64,000 bases of DNA from Candidatus Rokuibacteriota bacterium (GTDB lineage: Bacteria > Methylomirabilota > Methylomirabilia > Rokubacteriales > CSP1-6). Positions 1-9,963 of the stretch are shown in pieces. The stretch covers positions 83,395 to 147,394 of the forward strand of contig QHRW01000115.1 of NCBI GenBank assembly GCA_003220265.1, written 5' to 3'. Numbering within the stretch: position 1 is the stretch's first letter; each line of letters begins with the position of its first letter. A model generated the notes under the pieces. It was not told the DNA's origin. It saw only the letters and a list, made by a program, of their open reading frames with translations, and did no database searches. A program made the position numbers and the translations under genes.

Positions 1-37
1 CTACCTCTTGTTCGACCCGCGGGTGCGCTACCAGTGA
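1..37 (+). CDS. 3' end of ABC peptide-transporter permease (DppB/OppB-like), partial
   Basis: Reads ...YLLFDPRVRYQ* with TGA at 35-37. This tail is typical of BPD-type peptide permeases, and the DppC-type partner follows 8 nt later. Confidence 0.45.
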   Translation, partial: YLLFDPRVRYQ

Positions 38-44
38 GACGGTC

Positions 45-885
45 ATGAGCGTGATCGCGCTGCCGCGTGCGGAGCCGGTCGCGCGGCGCCGCGGACCGGG
101 CTGGCTCACGCTGCTCACGCGCCGCAAGACCACGCTGATCGGCGCCATGCTGATGCTGCTCATGCTGCTGGTCGGCACGCTCGCGCCGCTGATCGGCGGC
201 GACCCCGGGCACATGGACGTGGCCGACCGCCTCAAGGCGCCCAGCCGCGCGCACTGGCTCGGCACCGACGACGTCGGGCGCGACGTGTGGAGCCGCGTGA
301 TCTACGGCGCGCGGCTGTCGCTGCTGGTCGGCGCCGCCGTCGTCGTCTTCTCCTTTTCCGTGGGCGTCGTCTGCGGCATGGTGGCGGGCTACTACCGCCG
401 GCTCGACAACGTCGTCATGCGCGTGATGGACGGCCTCATGGCGTTCCCGGCCATCGTGCTGGCCATCGCGCTGATGGCCGCGCTCGGCGCCAGCGTGGTG
501 AACGTCATCGTGGCCATCGGCGTCGTCTACTCGCCGCGGGTGGCACGCGTGGTGCGCGGCTCGGTGCTGGTGATCCGCGAGACCTCGTACGTGGAGGCGG
601 CGCGCGCGCTCGGCGTGGCGGATCTCTCCGTGATGGCGCGCCACGTGCTGCCGAACTGCCTGTCGCCGGTCATCGTGCAGGCCTCGTTCGTGTTCGCGGC
701 CGCCGTGCTCACCGAGGCCGCGCTGTCGTTCCTCGGCGTCGGCGTGCCGCCGTACGTGCCGTCGTGGGGCGTGATCCTGGCCGAGGGCCGCCTCTTTCGG
801 CCTCAACCTCTTCGGCGATGGCCTGCGCGACCTGCTCGACCCCAAGATCCGCGGCCTCACGTCCGAACGGCAGTCACAGACATAA
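45..885 (+). pseudogene. ABC peptide-transporter permease (DppC/OppC-like) broken by an internal deletion/frameshift near nt 795
   Basis: ORF 45.. gives a permease core (DDVGRDVWSRVIYGAR, EAARALG) up to SWGVILAEGRLF. The expected tail GLNLFGDGLRDLLDPKIRGLTSERQSQT* continues only in the +1 frame (799-885). Roughly 20 conserved residues between the two parts are missing. Confidence 0.75.
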
Positions 886-899
886 CGGAGAAAATATCC

Positions 900-2485
900 A
901 TGCCGCCACATCGTCGCGCTTACCGTCCGACCGTCATGGGCACTCGCGGCGCCGTCGCCTCCGCGCACCCGCTGGCCTCGATGGCCGGCATCCAGACGCT
1001 GCTCGCGGGCGGCAACGCGGTGGACGCCGCCGTCGCCGTCGGCTCGACGCTCAACGTGGTGGAGCCGTTCATGTCCAGCATCGGCGGCATCGGCCTCATG
1101 CTGATCTCGCGGCCCGGCGGTGAGCGTCACGTGCTCGACTTCATCGGCCGCTCGCCGCGCGCGGCCGACCCGACCAGGTGCACCGAGGACGAGCAGGCCG
1201 GCGGGCCCAAGTCGTGCGCGACGCCCGGCAACCTCGGCTGCCGCGGGCCCGCGCGCTGGAGCCGGCCATCAGCCTCGCCGAGCGCGGCGTGCCGCTGTCG
1301 TTCAAGAACGTCGACTTCTTCACGCAGGCTCGCGCCACCCTGCAGCGCTCGAAGGAGGCCGAGCGCCTCTACTGGCCGCAGGGCGGACCGCGCGCGGGCG
1401 CCGTCGTGACGTACAAGGAGCTGGCGGGGACGCTGCGCCAGGTGGCCGAGGGCGGCGCCGAGGTGTTCTATCGCGGGCCCATCGCGAAGGCGATCGCCCG
1501 CTCGGTGCAGGAGGCGGGCGGCTGGCTGACCGAGCACGACCTGGCCGACTTCACGCCCGAGTGGCGCCAGCCGGCGACGATCACGTACCGCGGCCACGAC
1601 GTCTACACGGTGCCGCCGCCGTTTTCGGCCTTCCAGATGCTGGAGACGCTCAGCATCATGGAGGGCTTCGATCTCCGCGCGTGGGGGCACAACTCGGTGG
1701 AGTATCTCCATCACCTGATCGAGGCGATCAAGCTCGGCTCCGCCGACCGGCTGGCCTACGCCTACAGCGACGGCGTGCCGATCAATGGACTGCTCAGCAA
1801 GGCGTACGCCGCCTCGCAGCGCGCGCGCATCGACGCCAAGCGCGCCGCCGTCAGCGAGGGCGAGCGCTTCGATCGCGCCAAGCTCGCCGGCCAGATCATC
1901 GAGGGCCATCCGGCCAAGTTCGAGCACGAGCAGACCACGCACTTCGCGTGCGCGGACGGCGAGGGCACAGTGGTCTCCGTCACGCAGACGCTGGGCGTGC
2001 CGTTCGGCTCCGGCTTCGCCGTGCCCGGCACGGGTATCGTGCTCAACAACATCCTCAAGTGGATGGACCGCGACCCCGAATCCCCCAACGTGCTCCGGCC
2101 TGGGCGCAAGGCGGGCACGATGATGTCGCCCACGCAGGTCTTCCGCGACGGCGCCTTCCTGCTCTCGATCGGCACGCCGGGCTCCTACGGCATCTTGCAG
2201 ACGCAGCCGCAGATGCTGCTCAACCAGCTCGAGTTCGACATGAACGTGCAGGAGGCGATCGAGGCGCCGCGCGTGCGCGTCTATCGCGACCGGCTGGTGG
2301 ACGCCGAGGCGCGCATTGCCGAGGACGTGCGCGCGGGACTGGCCGAGCGCGGCCACCAGGTCAACGTGCTCGACGACTGGTCGTGGGTGGTCGGCGGTGG
2401 GCAGGGGATCCGCCGCGATCCGGAGTCCGGTGCGCTGATGGCCGGCGCCGATCCGCGGCGCGACGGCTACGCGCTGGCGATCTAG
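900..2485 (+). pseudogene. ggt: gamma-glutamyltranspeptidase with frame switch/internal deletion at 1241-1253
   Basis: The N-terminus (MPPHRRAYRPTVMGTRGAVASAHPLAS...PGNLGC) lies in the frame of ORF 45..1409. The rest (ALEPAISLAERGVPLS..., nucleophile region EQTTHFACAD, GTPGSYG) lies in ORF 1178..2485. About 15 aa of the conserved linker are absent. Confidence 0.8.
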
Positions 2486-2487
2486 CC

Positions 2488-3753
2488 ATGAAGTTCACCT
2501 GGTTCAACCTCATGCCGTGGCCGTACCTGCCGGACGACTTCCGGCAGCAGCACCGCTCCGTGTGGGTGGACATTCCCAACACGCTCTACGATCCGCGCAA
2601 GGGCCACCACGTCTATCACACGTATCTCGACCAGCTCGAGTACGCGGAGAGTCTCGGGTTCGATGGGATCGGCTGCAACGAGCATCATCAGAACGGCTAT
2701 GGGCTGATGCCGTCACCGAACCTGATCGCCGCCACGCTGTCACGCCGGACGTCGCGCGCGGCCCTGTGCGTCATCGGCAACTCGATCGCCGGCTACAACC
2801 CTCCGATCCGAGTGGCCGAGGAGTTCGCGATGCTCGACGTCATCTCGGGGGGCCGGCTCATCGCCGGCTTTCCGGTCGGGACGTCGATGGACACGAACTT
2901 CTGCTATGGCCAGATCCCGGCGCTCACACGCGACAAGTACCGCGAGGCGCACGACATGATCATGCAGGCATGGGCGGGCGAGGAGCCCTTCGCCTTCGAC
3001 GGCAAGTACAACCAGCTCCGCTGGGTGAACTGCTGGCCCAAGCCGATCCAGAAGCCGCACCCGCCCATCTACATCCCGGGCGGCGGCTCCATCGAGACGT
3101 GGGACTTCTGCCTCGACCACGACTACAACTATTCCTACCTGTCGTTCTTCGGCTACCTGCGCGGCAAGTCGCTGCTCGACGGCTACTGGGAGCGCGTGGC
3201 CAAGCGCGGCAAGGACGACTCGCCGTACCGCGCCGCCTTCGCCCAGATCATCTGCGTGGCCGACACCGACGCGCAGGCCGAGGAGCTCTACGCCGAGCAC
3301 TGCCTCTACTTCTTCAACCGCTGCCTGCACATCTTCCCGCCCTTCGCCGATCCGCCCGGCTACCGCACGATGGCCACGGTGAAGTACGGCGCGCTCTCGC
3401 AGCTCACGCAGGCGCGCCAGAAGATCCTCGAGAACCTCACGTGGAAGCAGCTGGTCGAGGAGCGCTTCGTGATCGCGGGCAGCCCGGAGACGGTGCGCCA
3501 GCAGCTCGAGGAGTGCATCAAGGGGCTGCGCATCGGCCATCTCTTCTGCCTCTTCCACAACGGCAACATGCCGGACTGGAAGACGCGCCACTCCAGCAAG
3601 CTCTTCGCCGAGAAGGTTATGCCGCGCCTGCGCGACCTCTGGCCCGAGTGGAAGCACGATGAGCGCTGGTGGATCCATCCCATGGACGAGCGCATCCGCC
3701 CCGAGGAGCGGCGCCCTGGCGCGGACAAGCCGCGCGAGGAGTGGCCACGATGA
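2488..3753 (+). CDS. LLM-class (luciferase-like) flavin-dependent oxidoreductase
   Basis: ATG 2488 inside ORF 1120..3753. MKFTWFNLMPWPY...GFDGIGCNEHHQNGYG...RLIAGFPVG is typical of luciferase-like monooxygenases. Confidence 0.85.
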   Translation: MKFTWFNLMPWPYLPDDFRQQHRSVWVDIPNTLYDPRKGHHVYHTYLDQLEYAESLGFDGIGCNEHHQNGYGLMPSPNLIAATLSRRTSRAALCVIGNSIAGYNPPIRVAEEFAMLDVISGGRLIAGFPVGTSMDTNFCYGQIPALTRDKYREAHDMIMQAWAGEEPFAFDGKYNQLRWVNCWPKPIQKPHPPIYIPGGGSIETWDFCLDHDYNYSYLSFFGYLRGKSLLDGYWERVAKRGKDDSPYRAAFAQIICVADTDAQAEELYAEHCLYFFNRCLHIFPPFADPPGYRTMATVKYGALSQLTQARQKILENLTWKQLVEERFVIAGSPETVRQQLEECIKGLRIGHLFCLFHNGNMPDWKTRHSSKLFAEKVMPRLRDLWPEWKHDERWWIHPMDERIRPEERRPGADKPREEWPR

Positions 3754-4532
3754 AGTACCAGACCATCGACACGCGCAAGGGCACGCGCTGCCGCGTCCTC
3801 GAGGGCGGCAGCGGCGCGCCCGTCGTCTTCTTCCACGGCGCCGGCGGCCTCCTGGCCGACAACCCGTTCCTCGACCAGCTCGCGCAGCGCTACCACGTGT
3901 TCGCGCCGGAGTGGCCAGGCTACGGCGAGTCCACGGGCGAGGAGCTGCTGGAGGACATGCTCGACTTCGCGCTCCACGGCTGGGACGTGATCGACGCGCT
4001 CGGTCTCAGCCGGCCACACCTGGTCGGCCACTCGATGGGCGGCATGATCGCCGCCGAGATGGCGTGCCTGGCGCCGCGCGACCTCGACAAGCTCGCGCTG
4101 GTCGCCGCCGCCGGACTCTGGATGGACGAGCACCCGATCCCCGACATTTTCGCGCTGCTGCCCTTCCAGCTCGCCGAGCTGCTCTTCGACGATCCGCAGA
4201 AGGGCCAGGCGCTGTTGACGGGCGGCGCCGATCTCGCCGACATGGAGGCCCTCAAGGAGTTCTATCTCGTCTCGCAGCGGCGGCTGGCGATGGCGGGCAA
4301 GATCTTGTTTCCGATCCCGAACCGCCGGCTGAGCAAGCGCCTCTATCGGCTGACCGCGCCGACGTTGATCCTCTGGGGCGCCGCCGACCGCCTGATCGTG
4401 CCGGCCTATGCCGCGCGCTGGAAGGCGCTCATCCCCTCGGCCCGCGTGGAGATGGTCGAGAGCGCCGCGCACATGCTGCCCTACGAGCGGCCGGAGGCGT
4501 TCGTCCGCGCCGTGGCGGGATTTCTGGGATAG
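3750..4532 (+). CDS. alpha/beta-fold hydrolase
   Basis: ATGA overlap with the upstream stop. Oxyanion region VVFFHGAGG and nucleophile elbow GHSMGG are present. Confidence 0.85.
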   Translation: MKYQTIDTRKGTRCRVLEGGSGAPVVFFHGAGGLLADNPFLDQLAQRYHVFAPEWPGYGESTGEELLEDMLDFALHGWDVIDALGLSRPHLVGHSMGGMIAAEMACLAPRDLDKLALVAAAGLWMDEHPIPDIFALLPFQLAELLFDDPQKGQALLTGGADLADMEALKEFYLVSQRRLAMAGKILFPIPNRRLSKRLYRLTAPTLILWGAADRLIVPAYAARWKALIPSARVEMVESAAHMLPYERPEAFVRAVAGFLG

Positions 4533-4553
4533 ACCTACGCGCCGGTCAGAAGC

Positions 4554-5225
4554 TCACCGTTTCTTGAGGAAGATCGCGCCCACGAACGACTCCGCCGTGG
4601 ACCTGGTGTCGTTGGAGTCGATGGCGATCGACACCGCGCCGGGGCTGTCCGCGTCGTCGTCGTAGACCTTCTTGAAGTCCTCGGCCACGTTGCGCCGCTC
4701 GGTGATCCACTTGCCGAGCTCGGCCGCGCCCGAGCGGAGCACGAAGTAGGTAACTGTCCCCGTCTTCTCGCTCTTGCAGATCTTTCCGACCGGCTCCGTG
4801 GTGTCCCAGACGTAGCCGATGACACGCGAGCGCACGGCCTCGGGGAACCGCGGCCACACGACGAAGACCTGCGCCGCCTGGTCGTCCAGCTCCTTCTTGC
4901 AGGAGTCGGCGCCCTTGGGCAGCACCGTGACCTTCCACGACCATTCCAGGATCGGCGTCTCCTTGAGGTTCACTTTGCCCTTGATGTCCTTGGCGATCGT
5001 CGAGCCTTCGTTGGCGCTCTTCATGTGGAGCACCTTGCGGCCGCCGTCGTTCTCGATCGTGAAGTCGTACTTGGGGCTGCCCCAGTTCTGCCCCTTCCAG
5101 CCGTCGAGAATGCCCTTGGCGCCGACGGCGTGCTTCGACCAGTCCTCCACGATGAATTGATCCGCCGCCCAGACCGTGGTGACGAGCGTCAGCAACAGGG
5201 CGACGGCGGTGAGGCGTACGCGCAT
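4554..5225 (-). CDS. secreted DUF3047-like protein
   Basis: ORF 4554..5495(-) trimmed to the Met at 5225, giving signal peptide MRVRLTAVALLLTLVTTVWA. The family call is from memory of DUF3047-type sequences. Confidence 0.65.
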   Translation of the reverse strand: MRVRLTAVALLLTLVTTVWAADQFIVEDWSKHAVGAKGILDGWKGQNWGSPKYDFTIENDGGRKVLHMKSANEGSTIAKDIKGKVNLKETPILEWSWKVTVLPKGADSCKKELDDQAAQVFVVWPRFPEAVRSRVIGYVWDTTEPVGKICKSEKTGTVTYFVLRSGAAELGKWITERRNVAEDFKKVYDDDADSPGAVSIAIDSNDTRSTAESFVGAIFLKKR

Positions 5226-5298
5226 GACGTGGCTCCTCGCGATCGTTGGTGTCCGGCCACGGGCCGGACGCGGGTGGTCCTCATGATACCGTCTGGCC

Positions 5299-5673
5299 GT
5301 GAGCGACGGGCAATCCGTGCGCCTCGACAAGTGGCTGTGGGCGGCGCGCGTGTTCAAGACGCGCAGCCTGGCCGCCGATGCTTGCGATGGCGGCAAGGTG
5401 GACGTGAACGAGCAGTCCGCCAAGCCGGCCAAGGCGCTGCGCCCCGGCGACCTCGTCCGCGTGACGCTGCCGCAGGGCCGCCGCCGCATCCTCAAGGTCG
5501 CCGTGCTCGACGATCGCCGCGGCTCGGCCGCCGTCGCCCGCGCCCTCTACGCGGACCTGACGCCGCCCGAGCCGCCCCGGCCGCGCTGGGGTGCGCTGCC
5601 GGCGCGCGTGCCGGGCGCCGGCCGGCCGACCAAGCGCGAGCGCCGCGCCATCGACCGGCTGCGCGGCTACTAG
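5299..5673 (+). CDS. S4-domain RNA-binding protein (Hsp15-like)
   Basis: GTG start. VRLDKWLWAARVFKTRSLAADACDGGKVDVN is a classical S4/Hsp15 N-terminus. Confidence 0.8.
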   Translation: MSDGQSVRLDKWLWAARVFKTRSLAADACDGGKVDVNEQSAKPAKALRPGDLVRVTLPQGRRRILKVAVLDDRRGSAAVARALYADLTPPEPPRPRWGALPARVPGAGRPTKRERRAIDRLRGY

Positions 5674-5854
5674 CGCCCCTTCCGCAGCGCGCGCGCCTAA
5701 TTGGCGACGCCGTTTCCCACTCCCGGTAACACTCTCGACTCGGACCCCGGTTCCCGCCCGCCGTTCGCGGTGTGCACGGGTTTGCGGTCGGGTATGAAGC
5801 TTGCTGCAACACTTCCCCCGACGGACGCTGTCACGCCGTGCCGGAGGCTGGTGC

Positions 5855-7021
5855 ATGGACGCCGAGGTGTCGTTCCTCTACGCCGATCTCTCCCTCTTCA
5901 CCCTCGCCGCCCGCGGTGTGCTGGAGGGCCTGCGGCGACGGGCCGAGCCCGAGCCCGAGCCCGAGCGCCCGGCGGCCCTCGCGCCCGTCGTGGGTCCGGC
6001 GGTGGGGAATACCACGCCGGCCCCCGCTGACGTCGCGACGCCGCGCGCCGTGCTGACGTCGGTGATCATCCCGACCTACAACCGCGCGGGAATCGTCGGC
6101 GAGGCCATGGACAGCGTGCTCGCCCAGACCGACGGTCGCTTCGAGCTCCTCGTCGTCGACGACGGCTCCGACGACGACACCGCGGCCACCGTCCACCGGC
6201 GCCGCGACCCGCGCGTGTCGTACGTGCGCATCGCGCACCAGGGCGTGTCGGCCGCGCGCAACGCCGGCATCGCGCTGGCGACGGGGCGCTACGTCTCGTT
6301 CCTCGACTCCGACGACCTGTGGAAGCCCGACAAGCTCGCCGCCGAGCTGGCCTTCTTCGAGCGGCATCCCGACGTGGGCGCCGTCTTCAGCGACCTCGAG
6401 AAGTGGGACGGGGCGACGTTCGTGCCGTCCTTCATGCGGGTGACGGAGGTCTTTTCGAAGTGGCTGATCGGCCTCGCGGGCAACACGCTGCTGCTCTCGC
6501 CGAAGGTGATGCGCTGGTGCCTGCTCCAGGAAGTGCCGGTCAAGATCCCGTCGCTCACCGTGCGCCGCGACGTCTTGCTGGGCGCCGGCGGCTTCGACGC
6601 CACGTGGACGTCGTCGGAGGACTGGGAGCTGCTCCTGCGCCTGGCCGCGAAGACGTCCTTCGGCTACATCGACCAGCCGCTGGCCACCATCCGCATCTCT
6701 TCCGACTCGCTGCACCGGCTCGACCAGGAGCGCGGCGAGAAAGCGATGATCGGCCTGCTCGCCCGCGAGTGCGAGGCGGCGACCGATACCAGCACGCGCG
6801 AGGCCGCGCGCCGCGGCCTGGCGGTGCGGACGAAGCACCTCGGCTGGCACTACGTCGATGCCGGGCGCCTGCTGGCGGGCTCGGCGGCGTACCTGCGCGG
6901 GTTCGCCAGGACCGGCGACCCGGCCTTGCTGGCCCGAGCCTTCCGGGCCCTGACCCCGCGTCGGGGGCCGGCGCCGCCCGGGCATCCCGCGCGACCCTGT
7001 TCATCGGAGGCTCGTGAATGA
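5855..7021 (+). CDS. family-2 glycosyltransferase
   Basis: GT-A motifs VIIPTYNR, VVDDGSDD and FLDSDD. The start is ambiguous (ATG 5855 chosen, 5801 is the alternative). ATGA-coupled to the next gene. Confidence 0.8.
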   Translation: MDAEVSFLYADLSLFTLAARGVLEGLRRRAEPEPEPERPAALAPVVGPAVGNTTPAPADVATPRAVLTSVIIPTYNRAGIVGEAMDSVLAQTDGRFELLVVDDGSDDDTAATVHRRRDPRVSYVRIAHQGVSAARNAGIALATGRYVSFLDSDDLWKPDKLAAELAFFERHPDVGAVFSDLEKWDGATFVPSFMRVTEVFSKWLIGLAGNTLLLSPKVMRWCLLQEVPVKIPSLTVRRDVLLGAGGFDATWTSSEDWELLLRLAAKTSFGYIDQPLATIRISSDSLHRLDQERGEKAMIGLLARECEAATDTSTREAARRGLAVRTKHLGWHYVDAGRLLAGSAAYLRGFARTGDPALLARAFRALTPRRGPAPPGHPARPCSSEARE

Positions 7022-7854
7022 ACGTCCTCGATTCGACGCTCTCGGTCTTCTCCTGCGTGCCGTGCGACCCGACCACGGTGCTGAACCGCATCGTGACGTT
7101 CCTGGCCGACGCCGAGCTGCTGAAGGGCGGCGTGCTGATGGCCGTCCTGTGGGGGCTCTGGCTGGCCGGTGGTGACGCGCGGCGGACGACGGAGATTCGC
7201 AGCCGGGTCCTGATGACGGTCGCCGGCGGCTTCGCCGCGCTGTTCGTGGCCCGCTCGCTGGCCCTGCTGCTGCCCTTTCGCTCGCGGCCGTTCGAGACGT
7301 CTGCCGCCGACGTGCCCGCCGCCGTGCGCGCGCTCGAGAGCTGGAGCGCCTTTCCCAGCGACCACGCGGCGCTGTTCTTCGCCCTCGCGACGGGGATCCT
7401 GCTGATCTCGCGCCCGCTGGGGCTCCTGGCCCTGGCCCACGCCGTGGTCGTGATCACGCTGCCGCGTCTCTACCTCGGCCTGCACCATCCGAGCGATCTC
7501 GTGGCCGGCGCCGCCATCGGCTCCGCGTGCGCGATGGTGGCGGGCTGGGCGCCGGTCCGGACCCGGTGCACGGCGCGCGTCCTCGCGTGGGGCTCGGCAC
7601 ACGGCCCGTGGCTGGCCGCGCTCGCGTTCGCGCTCAGCTTCGAGATCGCCACGCTCTTCGACACCGTCCGCAACGGCGCCCGCGTGGTGTGGAGCGTGGC
7701 GAAGCCCATCGTGCGGGCGTCGCCCGTGCGGGTGGCGGAGACCACCGGGCTGCTGGTGGTCGTCGCCCTCGTGGTCGCCATCGTCATGCTGGCCCGCTCG
7801 CGCCGCGTCCTCGACCGCCTGGCCGACGAGCAGGAGGCTCGCGACTCCACGTAA
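7018..7854 (+). CDS. PAP2-family membrane phosphatase
   Basis: Multi-TM protein carrying the three PAP2 motifs (FRSRP, FPSDH, GLHHPSDLVAG). Confidence 0.8.
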   Translation: MNVLDSTLSVFSCVPCDPTTVLNRIVTFLADAELLKGGVLMAVLWGLWLAGGDARRTTEIRSRVLMTVAGGFAALFVARSLALLLPFRSRPFETSAADVPAAVRALESWSAFPSDHAALFFALATGILLISRPLGLLALAHAVVVITLPRLYLGLHHPSDLVAGAAIGSACAMVAGWAPVRTRCTARVLAWGSAHGPWLAALAFALSFEIATLFDTVRNGARVVWSVAKPIVRASPVRVAETTGLLVVVALVVAIVMLARSRRVLDRLADEQEARDST

Positions 7855-7906
7855 GCCGGCCCGCGTCCGCGGCTCCGCGCGGGTATCATGACGCGCGGAG
7901 GGGGCC

Positions 7907-8689
7907 ATGACGGACGCCTACGACTGGAGCGCCATCGTCGACGATCTCAACCGCTATCTCCGCCTGCGCTCGATCCCCATCGGCATGAAGCTGTTCGAGA
8001 CAGTGGAAGAGATGGAGGCGATCCCCAAGATCCGCCGCCCCCGCGCGAAGCACACGACGGACCAGATCGTGGCCCAGGCCCGCCAGCTCGGCTGGACGGT
8101 CGGCATCACGATGAGCGACCTCATCGGCGCGCAGTGCGGCGCGGTCATCGGCCTGCACCCGCAAGACGAGGAGTGGCTGGCCGGCACGCGCCAGGCCGGC
8201 GTCTGGTACAAGACCGTCGAGGACTCCTCCGCCAAGCAGCACGCGATGGACTGCGTGCCCTACGGCCGCTACACGGCCATGGCGGTGTCGCCGCTCACCG
8301 CCAACCGGCTGAACCCGCCCGACATCTGCCTGATCTACGGCACGCCGGGCCAGATGATCTTCTTCATCAACGGCCTGCAGTGGACGGGCTACAAGAAGCT
8401 GTCGTTCACCTCCGTCGGCGAGTCCGCGTGCGCGGACTCGTGGGGCAAGGCGCTCAAGACGCGCGAGCCCGCCCTGACCATCCCGTGCTACGCCGAGCGC
8501 CGGTACGGCGGCGTCGCCGACGACGAGCTGCTGATGGCGATTCCGCCGCACTACCTGCCGAAGGTCATCGACGGCCTGGCGAATCTGGCGAAGAACGGCC
8601 TGCGCTACCCGGTGCCGCCCTACGGCATCCAGTCCGACGCGGGCGCCGGCCTCGCCGTCTCGTACGCCGACAAGGAGAAGAAAGCATGA
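7907..8689 (+). CDS. DUF169-like protein
   Basis: 260-aa ORF with GGAGGGGG upstream of the ATG. Overall resemblance to DUF169 (from memory). ATGA-coupled to cysK. Confidence 0.7.
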   Translation: MTDAYDWSAIVDDLNRYLRLRSIPIGMKLFETVEEMEAIPKIRRPRAKHTTDQIVAQARQLGWTVGITMSDLIGAQCGAVIGLHPQDEEWLAGTRQAGVWYKTVEDSSAKQHAMDCVPYGRYTAMAVSPLTANRLNPPDICLIYGTPGQMIFFINGLQWTGYKKLSFTSVGESACADSWGKALKTREPALTIPCYAERRYGGVADDELLMAIPPHYLPKVIDGLANLAKNGLRYPVPPYGIQSDAGAGLAVSYADKEKKA

Positions 8690-9618
8690 GGATCGCCGAG
8701 GACGTCACCAAGCTGATCGGCAACACCCCGCTCGTGCGGCTGCGCCGCGTGGTGGCCGGCGCGCGCGGCGAGGTGGTCGCCAAGCTCGAGTTCCAGAATC
8801 CCGCCCACAGCGTGAAGGACCGCATCGGCGTGTCGATGATCGACGCCGCCGAGCGCGCGGGCAAGATCAAGCCGGACACGATCATCCTGGAGCCGACCAG
8901 CGGCAACACCGGCATCGGCCTGGCCTTCGTGTGCGCCGCGCGCGGCTACAAGCTGACGCTGATCATGCCGGACACGATGAGCAAGGAGCGCCGCATGCTC
9001 CTGCGCGCCTACGGCGCCGAGCTCATCCTGACGCCGGGTCCCGAGGGCATGCCCGGCTGCATCAAGAAGGCCGAGGAGATGGCCAAGGCCGACCCGCGCT
9101 ACTTCATCCCCCAGCAGTTCGAGAATCCCGCGAACCCGGAGATCCACCGCAAGACCACGGCCGAGGAGATCTGGCGCGACACCGACGGGCGCGCCGACAT
9201 CCTGATCTCCGGCATCGGCACCGGCGGCACGATCACCGGTATCGGCGAGGTCATCAAGGCGCGCAAGCCGTCGTTCCGCTGCGTGGCGGTCGAGCCCGAC
9301 GCCTCGCCCGTGCTCTCCGGCGGCCAGCGCGGGCCGCACCCGATCCAGGGCATCGGCGCCGGCTTCGTGCCGGCCATCCTGAACACGAAGATCTACGACG
9401 AGATCATCCGCGTGAAGAACGACGACGCCATGTCGATGGCGCGGCGCATGGCCAAGGAGGAAGGTCTCCTGGTCGGCATCTCGTCGGGCGCGGCCGTGTG
9501 GGCCGCCGCGGAGGTCGCGCGACGCGCCGACAGCGCGGGCAAGCTCATCGTGGTCATCATCCCCTCCTTCGGCGAGCGCTACCTCAGTACGCCGCTCTTC
9601 GCCGATTTGGCCGACTGA
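8686..9618 (+). CDS. cysK: cysteine synthase A (O-acetylserine sulfhydrylase)
   Basis: PLP-lysine motif [11 protein letters not shown], plus [10 protein letters not shown] and [10 protein letters not shown]. Full-length, 310 aa. Confidence 0.95.
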   Translation: MRIAEDVTKLIGNTPLVRLRRVVAGARGEVVAKLEFQNPAHSVKDRIGVSMIDAAERAGKIKPDTIILEPTSGNTGIGLAFVCAARGYKLTLIMPDTMSKERRMLLRAYGAELILTPGPEGMPGCIKKAEEMAKADPRYFIPQQFENPANPEIHRKTTAEEIWRDTDGRADILISGIGTGGTITGIGEVIKARKPSFRCVAVEPDASPVLSGGQRGPHPIQGIGAGFVPAILNTKIYDEIIRVKNDDAMSMARRMAKEEGLLVGISSGAAVWAAAEVARRADSAGKLIVVIIPSFGERYLSTPLFADLAD

Positions 9619-9625
9619 TTGACAT

Positions 9626-9646
9626 GGGGGCCCCGAAATGGCCCCC
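9626..9646 (+). terminator. GC-clamp hairpin after cysK (no U tract)
   Basis: GGGGGCC-ccgaaat-GGCCCCC, a perfect 7-bp stem 8 nt after the cysK stop. Confidence 0.3.
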
Positions 9647-9769
9647 AATCCCCCCAACGTTCGGAGTGCCCCGGCAAAGCCGTGGCACTCCTCTGTATCA
9701 GCTGTATCAGCCCTTGCCGTTGTTGCGCTGGGCACAAGGCTCTGTTACCGTTTGGCCGCTGTTCGCGCC

Positions 9770-9920
9770 CGGGTCCCGAATTGGGCCCCAGGGAAGGCGG
9801 TGTGAATCCGCCGCGACCCCGTCACTGTAATCGGGGACGAAACCCGCGAGAGCCACTGGCCTAAGAGGCTGGGAAGGCGCGGGGAGTAGGACGATCCGAG
9901 AGCCAGGAGACCTGCTCGGG
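9770..9920 (+). promoter_or_regulatory. cobalamin riboswitch
   Basis: Core CAGGGAAGGCGGTGTGAATCCGCCGCGACCCCGTCACTGTAA, B12 box AGAGCCACTGG (9850-9860) and 3' GAGAGCCAGGAGACCTGC. Sits directly upstream of cobU. Confidence 0.85.
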
Positions 9921-9963
9921 CGCGCACTCTACGACCGGTCTTCGCGGGAGGATCCGGGGAACG

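Noticed and set aside
45-1409. Single 454-aa ORF that looks like a permease-Ggt fusion protein.
   Set aside because: The middle part (RPQPLRRWPARPARPQDPRPHVRTAVTDITEKIS) is out-of-frame read-through of the permease tail and the intergenic spacer. The true permease tail and stop are in the +1 frame, and the Ggt has its own ATG at 900.
5801-5854. Upstream extensions of several ORFs: 5801 for GT2, 23712 for argS, 25355 for SPOR, 35609 for radC, 38377 for the lipoprotein and 15872 for btuB.
   Set aside because: Internal starts give canonical N-termini or signal peptides and better RBS spacing, or stop-start coupling with the upstream gene. The longer forms add non-conserved Arg-rich leaders.
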